A program made the position numbers and the translations under genes. A DNA stretch of 64,000 nucleotides from assembly GCA_015680685.1 (NCBI GenBank), contig MNCI01000461.1, positions 214,607 through 278,606 on the forward strand. Reading direction: 5' to 3'. Shown here piece by piece: positions 38,950-52,616 of this stretch. The notes under the pieces were generated by a model that saw only the letters and a program-made list of their open reading frames with translations, made no database searches and was not told the DNA's origin. This stretch comes from Gnetum montanum (Eukaryota; Plantae; Gnetophyta). Within the stretch, counting starts at the first letter, position 1, and each line of letters starts with the position of its first letter.

Positions 38950-40940
38950 CTCTTCCACCCTTCAAAATGTGAACTTATGTAAACAAAGAAATTGGCATGA
39001 TGATGATATCCCAATCAACTAATTAGTTCTCATGTACCCACATATAATTCTTAATATTTTTATCCTTCCAATGGAGTAGGCACTCAAAAATTCTTATTCT
39101 CTAAATGTTTGAAGTCTCTCTCTTCTTTAAAATAATTTCCTTCCTCTTCCTTAAAGGAGTTGGGACAATATTGACAATCTTCAATTCCTTCATGTGTCCT
39201 CAAAGGTCTAATCATTTAATGGATCATGATAATGGGCCAAATTTGTAACATTAAATAAAAAAATCATGCCAACATCATTAGGAATTAGTATTTCAAAAGA
39301 ATTATCATTTATTTTTATCTTGATTTTCTAATCTTTTTAGCTTTGAGTTTGGAAAAAGTGATTTTCCTCAACATCATCGTATGGAAATGGATTCACATAA
39401 AATAACCAAATTTAAATATGGGCTTTTTTTAGCCTCATTCTTGTTTTGGGATACTTCTTCAACTTTCTTAACTAACATTTCTCTTACTTGTACAAGAAAG
39501 TCTTTCATGTCTTGTACAAATTCAACACTATTATGCCTTCCCATTAAAATTCTTAACATCATTGAATATTATCAGACTAAACTCATAATTTTCTTTTAAA
39601 AAATTCTTTCCAATGTTGGAATGAAATTCATGATTATAATAGAATTTAACATGAGACAAAAAATTCTCCTACCTATTAGGTTGATCATCACACAAGTATC
39701 TTAAGATTTTAATAATGATTTGTTTACCATTTCAGTTTTCCCATTAGATTGAAGGTGATAAACAATTAAGAAGTTTAATTTGGTGTCCAAAATCCTAGAT
39801 AAAGATCTCCAAAAGTCACTAGTAAATTTTAAATTCCTATCACTCAATAGATAATGAAATGTCATGCAACCTAACAATATGCTAGAAAAAAAATTAGTAA
39901 TATGAGAACCATCACTTGTCTTCCTACATGGAATAAGATATGTCATTTTGATAAATCTATCCATCCCAACAAAGATGGAATCATTATCACTCCTTATCTT
40001 TGAAATTTTCCAAAGAACATTTTTTGACATACTCTCTCCCATGGTAATTTATAAATTGTAAATGGTAAACAATATCCATCAACACTTTTTCTAATTTGAA
40101 TTTCTAGAATATACAATATTACTTCACAAATTTGAAAACATGGATGAATATGTTTGGCCAAAAGTAGCTTTCTCCAACAAGATCAAGTTTCTTATACCTT
40201 CCCATGTGACCTATCAACACTCCAAAGTAATTTTCCAAAATAATTTTACCTCTAAAATCATAATTAAAACCATATACCATCTTACCTCATAATTTTACTC
40301 CAAAGAAATTATACCATCTTACCTATGGTAATCTCTCCACTGATTAGCTCTTCCAATCAAAGGATCATTTAAATCCTTTCAAATGTATCCAAAATCATGT
40401 TCATCAATGTATAAATGAGCAAAATCACTCATACCATTCACATGATGAGAATTGAAATTCACATAATGCATTCTTAAAAATACATCAACCATTGCATTTC
40501 TCTCCCTAATCTGGATCTTTAAGATAAATTTAAATTCTTGCAGTTGTACCATCCACTTCATGTACTTAGCACTTAGCTTCTTTTAGGAGTTCAAAAATTA
40601 TAGTACCTAGTGATTAGTCATCAAAAGAGATTCCTTGGGAAAAAGATAGTATCTTTAATGTTTAATGGTATAAATAATGACATACAATTTTTTCCAATAA
40701 AATCTATATTTATACCTTAATTCATTGAGATTTTTAGATAAAAATGCTCTTGGTCTTCCTACTTGGAATAAAACTCTTCCAATTGCTAGCCCACTAGAAT
40801 CCATCTCCACTTGAAAAAGTTTTCTAAAATCTAGAATTACAAGTATAGCCTTACAATCTTATTCATAAATAATTTAAAACTTCTTTACATCTCATAATCT
40901 CACTTAAAGGTTTTATCCTTCATCAAGAGAGCAAACATAG
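38950..40940 (-). pseudogene. Chromovirus-type Ty3/gypsy pol remnant: RNase H, integrase, chromodomain
   Basis: RH motifs FQVEMDSSGLAIGRVL and KWMVQLQEF; integrase motifs DSIFVGMDRFIKMTYLIPCRKTSD, SDRNLKF and YHLQSNGKTEMVN; chromodomain-like ECLLHWKDKNIKNYMWVHE (~39025-39090). A purine tract at ~38950-38965 suggests a 3' LTR to its left. Confidence 0.78.
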
Positions 40941-41009
40941 GTCATGAAACTTTATTGATGTAATGCTTTCTTACTAGATTGTATCGAAAATGTCAAATAT
41001 ATATAACAT

Positions 41010-41285
41010 TTAACATTATACATAAAGATTGTGAAAGAAAAATTATAGAATGAACTAAAAAGAATGTCTTATTAATGTGGAAATAATTTATTTGGATCAT
41101 TCTTTATGGGTTCCTTTGGGTTTTCTTCTTTCAATGTCTATCCCCTAGAGGCAATCTAGTACTACCACCATGGTTAGGCTTGTATCTGGCTAGAAGGGAT
41201 GGCTAGTAACCTTTTTATCCCACTTTACTTGAAGCCTATTACTTGCCATCATTGGATCTACAATGCCATGCTGGTAAACCTCTAA
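41010..41285. repeat. ~280-bp dispersed direct repeat, copy 1 (partner 62198-62473)
   Basis: Both copies share TTATTAATGTGGAAATAAT...TTTGGATCA...TTAGGCTTGTA...TAGAAGGGATG...TATCCCACTT...ATTACTTGCCA...AAACCTCTAA. Confidence 0.8.
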
Positions 41286-41633
41286 TTTTTTTTCTAATTA
41301 TTCTACAAAGAAAATATAAGTGAGAAGAATATTTAGGAAAAATAGATCTTTTCATATCAACACCTTATCTTAATCTCTAGCTAATAACAAGAGGTGAATT
41401 AAAGGTCTACAAACCATCAATCACTAGTCCTAACTAGGATTACACAAACTACAATACATATTTCTTATTACCTGAAAGAAGGTAGCATAAATCCTTGTCC
41501 CCAACATGTATTTTCCAAAATATTTAACTTATCTAATTTAAAAATATAAATTAAATAAATAGAGAGAAATAAAACATGAAATAAATGTAAGTTAAGAAAC
41601 TCCATAACTTTCACCAATCTCTAGGCTTAAGAA

Positions 41634-42797
41634 TGAGGATTGTTGAACCTAGAAGGAGTGAGGGGGGCAGGGGGGGCACCTGGAAGGGTGGGGGGAGGGA
41701 TGAATAAGTTCACCAAATTAAACTTAAACAAACAAAGCACACACACAAATTTATGTGGTTCCCCAACTTGGGTACTCCACACTCTGAGGATAGATCATAA
41801 GCACACCTCTAGACTTTGTTGCTCTCATGTGGTTGAAGGGTCCACAGCCTGTATAGTTGTCAAGCCTTGCTCTAGAGTGTTGTACTATAGCACCAATCAC
41901 TCAACCCTACAAGGTCCCATCAAGCCTAGAAATTTGGTTTCAAGGCTTCCACAACCTTTATAGTCTTGAGCTCTACACCAAAGTGTTATACCACAACACC
42001 AACAACTCAATCTTGCAAGATCCCAACAAGCTCAAGGAAATCAACCCCTTAGGGCAACAAGAACAAGAAATACAAGGAATGATTGCAACTCAATTTGTTG
42101 ATCCTTGCATAGTTAGGTACAACACACTTTACAAAGCCAAAATGATTAGACATTGAGAAGCAACAAATAATTCAATGAATACAAATGATTGTATGATGAA
42201 TACAACAATGCTTGCATATTTTCCAATGCACTTGAAGTCTTCTTATAGCTACCATGTTCCTAAATCCTTCTTGAAACTCATGCAACAACTAGATAATGGT
42301 CATCAATGATTTTTGGAGATGCCTTTCTTGTGCCTGAGATGTCTCTCTAAATTTGGCTTCAAATTTGGAAAGACATTGTTTTTTAAAAGACATCTTTCTA
42401 AAGTTTTCATCCTAGAAGATGTCTTTGCTCAATGGAAGACATCTTTCTACATTTGGTCTATATTTTATCAAGATGTCTTTGCCTCATGAAAGATGTCTTT
42501 GGTTGGGAAAAGATGTCGTGCTATTTCTGAAGACGTCTTTCTAAATTTTCTTTGAGTTCATCCCAAATCTACCAAGATGTCTCCTGCTTCCTAGAGATGT
42601 CTTTCTTCACTTCCTTTTGCATGATTAGAGACATCTTTCTTCACTTTCTCTTGCATGATGAATGCATCGTTCCTTGTTCATAGTCTTTCCCAATTCAAAT
42701 TCTTTTCTTGCAAGCACAATAATCAAATAAATAAGAAAAAAAAATTTGTTTTCCATTTTTCTTAATGTTTTGACATACCAAAACCATAAGGTCCACA
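41634..42797 (-). repeat. 3' LTR of copia copy 2
   Basis: TGAGGAT...GGTCCACA on +, collinear with 47122-48257. Confidence 0.92.
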
Positions 42798-43239
42798 ACC
42801 TCTCCATTTTTGGTAATGTCCATAAAATTAAAAAATGGATTAACTTAGCCTTTTCCCCCTTTTTGGACATAACCAAAAAGGTCAAACCTATAGAGATATA
42901 GCAATAAATATACATAATGATCATAAAATATATTCAAAGAAAAGCATAAAGACATATAATGTGCTATGGCATCCAACATGAAGGATCAATAGGATGTGAG
43001 TCAAGTAAAAGAGGTAGAATAAAAATTAATAGATGACATAGAGATAACAAGAAAACACACCATTTGTTCATAACCATCTACAAAATGCTTTACATCAAAC
43101 TATCCAAAAGCATCATAGAGTACACTAACCACATATCAATCACATATGTGTAAAATCCAAAAATCACATATGTGAGAGCCACAAAATGGTTCATCATTTT
43201 TTATCACAAAAAGAAGAGAACAAACATCCTACCAAGGTC

Positions 43240-44863
43240 TCAATCACTAACCTTAGTAGCATCCTTAGATTCGAAATCCACCACTGCTCAAGATGGATGA
43301 TAAGTCTCCTCCTCATCATCACCACTACTGATGCTAGGATGGCTAGATTTTTGAGTGTCCTCACCTAAGGGCCCAACTCACTACATTGGAGCCTACCAAG
43401 GACGAAGCTTCACTTGAATCCAAGAGGAAGCTAGTGGAGTTGATGGAGCTAGTAGCTATTGAACTAGAATTGATTGGTACATGGTCCCAAAGATGCTCTC
43501 CATAGCTCATTGCTTAAAAGGGCTAGGAGCATCAACATGAGATGGAGTAGTAAAAGTAAGAGGAACTAGAATATGATGCTCTAGTTGTTGCATGGAAGCA
43601 TGGATCTCCCCCTCAACACTAGCTAGGGGTGTCTTTGGCTTAGAACATGACTCGATCACTAAGTCATATGTGCATGAGGGACTTGTTGCTAAAGAATTAC
43701 ATGGAGGAATAGGAGCATCCTCCTCGCTATCAAAGATGGAAGAAGTAGTGACCTCCTTAAATACCTACCCATTAGAGGGAGGAGGAATCCTTGACTCATC
43801 TAAGCTATTATGAAAGTAAGAGAGGTTCCTCAAAGCTTTCCAATGTCTTGGACAATGAGTTTAAACAACCTATTCAGAGAGGAAGTAATCTAAGCTATAG
43901 AAGATTTTGATCTTCTCAACTGTGGTGAGGCCTCCTTCTTCTTTTTTTCTTGGTGATCTAGCACTAGGTCTTGCTATTTCTTTGTGAGAAGAACTCATCT
44001 TCTCTCCATACTCACCAAGACTCTGCTTTCCTTTAAACAAAGGCAACTTTAGAATAGGCACATCCTTCTTACGAATCAACATGTTGATGAGGTAAGGGTG
44101 TCTAAGGATTCTCTCCCTGGAATAGAGGCTCAGAATGTTTCTACAAAGAGTGTGCCCCAAATCTAATGGTAACCCTATAAGTCAACAATATAGTACTTAA
44201 GCCCTAGGCTAGTAGTAGATAACTATAATTACCTTCCTTTACCATTATATTATACAAAACAATAAGTGACAAGGTTGAGGAATCTAGAGTCATCTTGCTT
44301 TGCTCAATGTGACCCTGATCAAAAGACATATCTCTCCAAAACAGTACATAATAGAATTCATCATGAGCTATAGGCATAATACCATTTGTGTAAATGTCAT
44401 GGATAGATTCTATAGTAACCTAGAAAACATCAAGACTATAACTACTCAAAAGTGCATTAACGATTTGAGGAGATACTTCAACAATAATCCCATCAATAGT
44501 GGATGTTAAAGCCATCACAATAGCATTAGAAATAACAATGTTATAGTATAATTCTCAACTTAACACTTCAAGCACAAGAAAATTCATGGAAATGAATGTA
44601 GTCCAGTTCAAAAGCTTAAAATAATCTAATAGAGCTTGTTGTCTATGTAGAGGGAAATTAAGAGAATGCTCAAAAATAATAGTAGTAGTTTTTATTGTTT
44701 CAAACCTGTGCTAAGCATTTGAATTGTGAAATTGAGAAGTGAATGAGGGAGGTGCACTACTAGAACTTACTCTTATTCATTTCTTGGAAGGATTTTTGGA
44801 CATACCAACCTTCTTGTGGGCCATCTTTGCCACAACCACTATGAATGGTGGAACCGTAGTCAT
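43240..44863 (-). pseudogene. Accessory ORF of copia copy 2, disrupted
   Basis: Starts MTTVPPFIVVVAKMAHKKVGMSK. ORF 43870-44160 (GHTLCRNILSLYSRERILRHPYLINMLIRKK) is homologous to 9350-9500. Confidence 0.72.
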
Positions 44864-45269
44864 ATTTGTGGGATCTCTATGGAAGAATATGATAAAAATG
44901 AGGATTTTTTCTTTTATAACCACAGGTAAACGAGGGTTTTAATGAAAAATGAGACATCTTTATTTATAGAAATATGTTTCTTTTTTTTTTCATGTGAAAA
45001 TTTAGGAGATTTCTTTCATTCATCAAAGACATATTTCCCACAACAAATAATAAACTAGAGAGATGTCTTTGTTTTGCCAAAGACATCTTAGTAGAGGCAT
45101 CTTTCACTTTGGAAATATGTCTTTTTTCAAAAGTCAAAATGAGGTTTTGGAAGTTTGCCATTGGATTATAGTCTTAACTAAACCTTAAAAAAAAAAAAGC
45201 TTACTTCTAACTACCTATCATGCTATTAGAATTCTAAAGAGTTAAGGAATGTGTTTCTTTTGAGGAATC

Positions 45270-47066
45270 TCCTTTGAACTAAACTTCCCCAATGTCCAAT
45301 GCATGACTTCCTCTTACAAATTTGTTAAGGGAGGTGTCTTGATGCCCTTGGTTCTATTTAATTCTCCATTTCCTTTTGAAAACCTTAGCCCTTTGGATTG
45401 ACTTACAATCTTCTTTGTGATCCTACATAAAACCCTTTCTTGGTGCACTTTGATCAAACTAAGAAGTCTTGTGATATGTCCATGTACTCATATGATAAAA
45501 CTTTAGATTGTACTCCCTTTTTTTATGCCTAATATTATTACAATAATAATATCTAATTCTCTTATTGAAAAAATAACTAGAAGGACCAAACCTTTGAGGA
45601 GTTTCATGTTGGATAGAAGAGAGTCATTGTTCTTTGATGGTTCCTTTAGATGAGAAGAAGGTTCCTCTTTTTGATGGCAACATCCAAGTCCACTTTTGTC
45701 TTGTGGGTTTCTTCCATGTCTAAGTACCATTTGAAGGGACTTCTTTCCCTTCCTTAATCATTCATTTATTAGTTTAACATCCACAAATTCCACTTTGACC
45801 TATTCTAGAGATAAGGTTAGCTTCTCATTCACAACCCTTAGGTATAAGAGTTATTTATCAAGATCAAAAATAGTTAAATTTAACAAACATATTCCATATT
45901 CTTTATACTTAACTTATTTATTTAACTTAGTAAAAATATTTTAACAATTTAAAAGTTTTTTACATAATAAATCATACATTTCATCATCATTTAGTTCATT
46001 GTCTAATGAATCACTATCAGTGAGGGCCATGTAGATAAGCTAAGAATTTTTTACATCTTCCTCCACTTCTTCTTCACTCTATTCCCCATCATTACAACTT
46101 GTATAGAAGTTGGTTTTCTTTGCTTCTTCAAGGGATTTGTTCTTGTATTGCACCTTAAGGCTACTAGGACATTCAAAGACGACATGGCCTCTACCTCCAC
46201 ACATCCAACATTCTATAGAAGAAAAATATAAGTTAGAGTTCAAAAATTTCTTTACCTCTTTCTTTACCTTTAGGTTGATTGAATCTTTGTGGATATGTCC
46301 CTTTGTAGTTCCTAGCAATTAGTCATTAAAGCTTCATGGTGAGAAGGGCAGTCTCCTCTCCACTACCCTCATCATGCTCATTGACCTTCTTCTCCTTGGA
46401 GGCAGTCTTTAAAACAATAGGTTTTTCTTGAATTTCTCCTTTGCTTATGAGATTCATTTTATAGGTGATGAGAGAACTTTGAAGTTCCTAAAATTTTAGA
46501 CTTGAGAAATCTCTAATTTCTTCCATGGTTGTAACCTTAGGTCTAAACTCTAGTTGTAAAGTTCTAATCATTTTAATGATGATGTTACTTTTGGGAAATT
46601 CATTTCCTATTCCTCTAATGGCTACAACAATATCATAAGCTCTAGAAAAATAATCCTTGATGTTTTCACCTTCTCGTATATTGAGTTTATCATATTCAAT
46701 TTGCAAAATTAACAAATTTGATTTCTTAACAATAGAGGTTCCTTCATAAGTAGCTTCTAAAGTTTGCCAAATTTCTTTGGCCATTTTACATTCTAATACC
46801 CTATTAAATTCATATTTATTCAAAGCACAATATAAACAATTTTTTGCTTTTAAATCAAACCTAAACTTATCCTTTTCTTCTTGTGACCATTTGTTGTGAG
46901 GCTTGATGATGCCAGTGGTGCTATTAATGGATGGAGTGTAGCCTTTCAAGATTGATTCCCAAACTTCAAACTCCATGGATTCTAAGAACCCTTGCATTTT
47001 GGCTTTCAAATGGGTGAATTTGAATCCATCGAACATGGGTAACTTTGTGTATGAAGTCCCCTCCAT
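45270..47066 (-). pseudogene. gag: Copia gag of copy 2, disrupted
   Basis: ORF 46488-47234 from MEGTSYTKLPMFDG; CWMCGGRGHVVFEC zinc knuckle (ORF 46079-46318); DKSGLG (ORF 45503-45730). Confidence 0.9.
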
Positions 47067-47121
47067 TGTCCACTCTTTGAAGTTGATGATGAAACAAAGA
47101 GTACCAAGCTCTAATACCACT

Positions 47122-48257
47122 TGAGGATCATTGAACTTAGAAGGAGGGATGAATAAGTTTCCCAAATTAAAACTTAAACAAACAAAATACACACACACAT
47201 ATTTATGTGGTTCTCCATCTTTGGTACTCCACACTTAGAGGGTAGATCGTAAGCACACCTCCAAACTTTATTGCTCTCAAATTGTGGTTGAGGGATCCAC
47301 ACCCTATATAATCATCAAGCCTCATTTTAGAGTGTTGTACTATAGCACTAATCACTCAACCTTGCAAGGTCCAATAAGGCTTAGAAATGTGGTTTCAAGG
47401 CTTCCACAACCTTTATAATCTTGAGCTCTACACTAGAGTGTTGTACCATAGTAACAACAACTCAATCCCATAGGATCCTGACAAGCTCAAGGAATTCAAC
47501 CCCTTAGGAAAACAAGAACAAGAAATAAAAGGAATGATTGCAACTCACTTTGTTGATCCTTACATAGTTAGGTATAGCACACTTTAAAAAACTAAAATGA
47601 TTAGACAATGAGGAGAAATAGAGAATTCAATGATTAAAAATGATTATACAATGAATACAAAAATTGTTGCACATTTCCCAATGCACATGAAGTCTTCTTA
47701 TAGCTATTGTGTTGCTAAGTTGTTCTTGAAACTCATACAATGTCTAGGTAAAAATCACAAACAGTCATGGAAGATGTCTTTCTCATGCTTGAGACATCTC
47801 TTTGAATTTGGCTTTAAATCTAGGAAGATGTCTTTATTTTCAAAAAGAAATCTTTTTGAAGTCTGCATCCTAGAAGACATCTTTACTCAATGGAATGTGT
47901 CTTTCTGCATTTTTTCTATATTCTATAAATATTTCTTTGTCTCATAAAACACATCTTTGACTAGGGAAAGGCATCTTGTTGTTTCTAAAGACACCTTTCT
48001 AGATTTTCTTTGAGTTCACCTAAAATCCACTAAGACATATCCTACTTCCCAAAGACATATTTTTTCACTTTCTCTTACATGATTAGAGATGTTTTTCTTC
48101 ACTTTCTCTTGCATGACAAATACATCGTTCCTTTTCCATAGCCTTTCCCAATCCAAGTTCTTATCCTGCAAGCACAAAAATCAAATAGACAAGCAAACAA
48201 ACAAACTTGTTTCCATTTTTCTTAGTTTTTTGACATACCAAAACCCTAAGGTCCATA
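47122..48257 (-). repeat. 5' LTR of copia copy 2
   Basis: Adjacent to the PBS and collinear with 41634-42797. Confidence 0.92.
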
Positions 48258-48269
48258 AAGAAAAGTAGT

Positions 48270-49480
48270 CATAATTCTTCCATGAGGGCTATATATTTAG
48301 AAGGCCTAGTTTAGGATTGTAGGATCTGATCTTGATCCTCAACTTCTTCTTTATCAATTAACTCTGAAAACTTGGTAACTTGGAAGAATTAAACATCATA
48401 TTAGATGTAATCTATGCTCTCAAATAAAAAATATGTTTATCCATCTTTAATATTCATGTCGAGATAGTTGGTGAATTTAGGTTTTCGATGAACAATATTC
48501 ATTAGCATTATATGGTCTTGAATTTCTTTGTTCAACTTATTCACTAAGGATTTGAAGTAGGTAGAGTATGCACTAGTCTATGGAACAATATGATAAATGA
48601 ATGAAAGCATCTTCTTTAAATCATTTTCACATATTTGTATTTTAACAATTTATGAACATCACTTCTAGCTTTCACATTAAAGACTCCATAGTGGATGAAT
48701 GATACTATATTAAGAGTGGTATGGCTTAGGGATAGCTTATACTTCAATCTTTCTTCAATCTAGTTAATCACATAGGCTACTTAACAAAGGCTAATATCTA
48801 GGCATGTTGAGTCAATGATAAAATGTGTGTTGGCCATAAATATGAATCTCCTTGATGACTACACTTTAATTAACAATTTCAAGGCTATGTGGCTTATTTA
48901 AAATATTAATCATTTTTTCTTCTTGATGACTTAATGCTTTTGAATTTCAAATATCATGTCTTCTAATCTTCATTTGAAACTTTGTATCAACTCAAACTTG
49001 GCTTCCTTGTACAATATTTTGTAATCATCCATGTTGTAGTTCATATAATAAGTTAAATTTTATGGCTCAAAAGAAGAGCTACCATAAGAATATTTTTTCT
49101 TAAAAATACCTTCATATCTCAACATTCTCAAATTGGATTAAAATTGATATAGAAGTTCCCATTATATGACTTCTTATAGACATAAGACACAAACATTTAA
49201 ATCTTATAATTCTATAATGATGAATAGGTATTATTATTTGTATGAGGGCAAGGCCCAAGTTGGACATAATGAATGTTGTCTTTCATTAAGTAGGGAACTT
49301 GCAAGACCATTATATATTTCAACCTTCTTGCTTATTTCTAGATTCTCCCTTACCCTGTTTCCTCTCATAGGTATCATATGCCTTGTTAAGACAAGGTTAT
49401 GATTCTCCATTATGGTCAATGTTTGCTATATGATGATTTAGTTTTTGGATTGATATACATGTTCTTGGCCATTTTACTTC
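48270..49480 (-). pseudogene. Very degraded Ty1/copia RT remnant (different family)
   Basis: Weak motifs occur in the expected order on the - strand: MTIMENHNLVL (like M.SI..N.TW.L), KKSYNG (like KSLYG), YNMDD (like YVDD) and STCLDIS (like TRPDIA). Confidence 0.4.
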
Positions 49481-49561
49481 ACGAACTAATTCTCTAACTA
49501 CTTGATTTATTGGGTTAATAATGATTTGTGTTCATTTCCTAGACTCTTAATGATCTTTCTA

Positions 49562-49583
49562 CCCCCCCCCCCCCCCCCCCCCN
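49562..49583. repeat. Poly-C run (21 nt) ending in an ambiguous base N
   Basis: Read directly; the only N in the window is at 49583. Confidence 0.95.
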
Positions 49584-51810
49584 ATGACCAACTAGAGGTT
49601 AGTGGTCTCAGTTAAACCATAAGCATACCCTACTTACCTAATATTAAGGACCACAATGACCAAAAAATAGATGTTTATTGTTAACAACTAGATTATTAGG
49701 CATGGTTAGTTGGTCAAGGTTATGATATTACTAAGACATGATTTAAACTATTACTTAATTATCAACTACTTAAATGATCAATCTAACATTATCATTGGAT
49801 TCCAATAGATAAAAACTATTAGTTTCCACTATTCATATATTAAGAATTAACATCAAATTTCTAAGTTATGCTAAAGTGGGCTTCCGAGAATCTTAAGACA
49901 TAGTTTAGGAGCAAAGATCAAAAACCAATTTTTGGCACTCCATAAAATGGATTTGACTTTGTCATTATGTTCAAGAGGCTGAAACCTACTTAATATCCAA
50001 GATGAAATGTTATGAGCTTCAAAAGTTGAAACTTTAGAAACAAAATTCAATATTTCTCGTTAGGTCATCTATACCAATACAACTCTAGGACCTATGTGCT
50101 TAATTATGTAATTTTCATTTATGATGCTACCATCCCATCAATACTACTTCATGTAAGCTCAATGATATCATATAAAATTCATAATTCTATAACACTATGC
50201 ATGGGTGAAGTAGCCCTATCTTTGCATCCTACATTCTTAAGGTTGGCCATGCTTAGGTTGTGTAGCTCCAACCATCCATCCTCTGTGTCTTGGCACCACA
50301 ACTAAGTGGCATGAGGTTGTTACTCATTATTTCCAACTACAATAATGAACAATATTATAATAAAGGGAAGGTAACATTATTAGGACACAGACCTCAAGCT
50401 TTGAATTCCATGTACTAAATGAACTACATCAATTAGATATTCTATGTCCATCATGTTGTACTCATCATACTAAGGCCGTCATCAACCTCTTCTTTTGTTT
50501 GAAATTTTTCATCCTTCTCATTGTCCTTACCGATGCCTTTTATTTCAAAGCCCACCATAGTACCATTAGTTCTAGTAATGTCTACATGCTCATTGACAAC
50601 ATGGAGAAAATGGTGATAATAAAGATAGAAAATAATAACCATGCTTAGTGCCAACTGGATGATTTGCAAAGGTCCTTAGTGTGGAAGGCATGCCCAATCT
50701 CCAAAGCTAACATGAATAGGAGAAGCTAGTCTTTCATGTAAATATTAAATGAGGAATTTAATGTTTAAACTTGGGCTCTATGTATATGTGTACATATATT
50801 TGTAGTTTTTATGGGATAAATGTAGTGCAATGTGGTAGTTCTTGGATAAGTAGAAAATGAAAACTTCAATTTCTTTAGTTATGTTATCTTATGTTATGCT
50901 ATGGAGATATTTTTATTTTCATTATTTATTTATCTATTTATTCATTCAAAGATGAATTATGTATGTGGGATAATGAGAAAGACCCAAATCCAAGGCATAA
51001 TCATGTTCAATTCTCATGCAAAAAAACTACACACAATACCACCCACAACCTGGGTTTGAAAATATTTTAAATTATTATTCTTTTTAAATTTTTTGCAAGT
51101 TTTGTCTCCTCTATTACTCTATCTTGCAAATTCTATGCTATCCTACAAGCCCTTATTCTTGTCTTGTATTATTTTTTAATGAGTAATGGAATAATTAAAC
51201 CAAAAGAAAAGGATATTGCCCTCACATAAGGTACAAGGCTAATGAGAATGTGCTAAAAAGAAAAAATTAAATATAAATATATATTTCTTAAGAAAAATAA
51301 TTTTACCTCTTTTAATAGTATTTTATTAACTAATAATTTTTATACACCACTTAGAAAACTAGGTTTTAAGGTTGGATAAATAGTGCTAAGAAAATAATTT
51401 TATTAAGACATGCTTCATGAGAAATTTCAAACCTTAATATCTCCATATATGTAAGTCCAATTAGGATGAAATTAGTATTGTTGGGATTGCTCAATGAGTA
51501 CTAAGCATTAGGCAATGTTTTGGGGAAAAGTTACTAAGTTATAGTTTTGTAGTTTTAAAAGACAAAAGTAACTAATTTTGATAGATTGGTCTTAATATGC
51601 TAAAATAAGTGTGACATGAAAAATTTTAAGTGATTTAAATTTACTTATAAATGATAAATCAACATTCGAACAAAAAATAGCAACCAAATTTTGGCTTTTC
51701 CTATGAACCTCTTGGTAATAATCCTTATTAGATAAATAGGGATGAGGAAATCTTATGACTAGCTTAACTTTCTTATGTTCATCAATGACTACAAACTAAA
51801 TAGGGGTAGG

Positions 51811-52616
51811 TGATGAGCGGCGAGGCACCCCTACGCTCAACCATACGAATATGAGTGTTTCACGCACAATCCAGTTGAATTCCAAGGACTAAGTGCCGAT
51901 GTGACTTTGTGGAATGATAACAGGTTGGTTAATCATTGTCTTCCCAAACTTACTTGTATGTCACAGTTGTATGGTTAAGTAAGCTTGAGGAATATGATTT
52001 TTATGGTTTTTATGTGTTTTATATCCTACACTACTAAGGAGGGGGAGAGAGATAGCTAAGTAACTAATCTAATTTAACTACTCGTTAACTAAGTTCTAAG
52101 TACTCCTAACACTAGTATCCATTCCCACTTGCCATACACATCCTAAACTAGTGCAACGTTACTAGGATTACCAAATGCTAATTGTTACTGGGTTACCAAG
52201 TGCTACACACATGCTCGAAGCAGTCGTAATAAGTGTATTTAACTAAGAGAGTTGTAGGGTGAAAGAAATCATTAACTAATCTAGGAAAGCATTAAATAAT
52301 AATTAACACTAATTAATCTATTCTGTATGCTGCAAGGTTTATCATAAAGTTCGTCTTTATTGTTGTACACAAAGTGCGCTCAGGTACACAGTGCTCGAAT
52401 AAAGATCCGTTTACTCTATGACTCCTACTACGGGCATGCGGAAATAATTCTAACTCTAGAGTAAAAATTGGTAAGAGGTTGGCTAAGGGACTAACTTCTA
52501 ATGTGGAAACCAAGTGTGCCACCTCTTATTTATAAGCAAGGAGACAGGCCGTGATATAGGGTATCCAACATCGCATGGTTGATTCGATATCATGGACGTG
52601 ATATCACGGTTCATCA
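51811..52616 (-). repeat. 3' LTR of gypsy C
   Basis: TGATGAGC...TCATCA, collinear with 60910-61703. Confidence 0.93.

Larger units (their letters stand above)
41634..48257 (-). mobile_element. Sirevirus-like Ty1/copia element, non-autonomous (gag + accessory ORF, no pol); copy 2
   Basis: LTRs at 41634-42797 and 47122-48257, perfect TSD AAGAA (41629-41633 / 48258-48262), PBS TGGTATTAGAGC (~47108-47119, -), PPT at ~42800-42813. Confidence 0.94.

Noticed and set aside
46488-47234. Longest ORF (248 aa) as a functional CDS
   Set aside because: The N-terminal part is LTR/PBS read-through. The true gag start is at 47066 and the frame ends at a premature stop.
50096-50669. ORFs 50096-50305 and 50451-50669 as captured gene fragments
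   Set aside because: No recognisable motif, and the length and composition are compatible with chance or decayed TE sequence.
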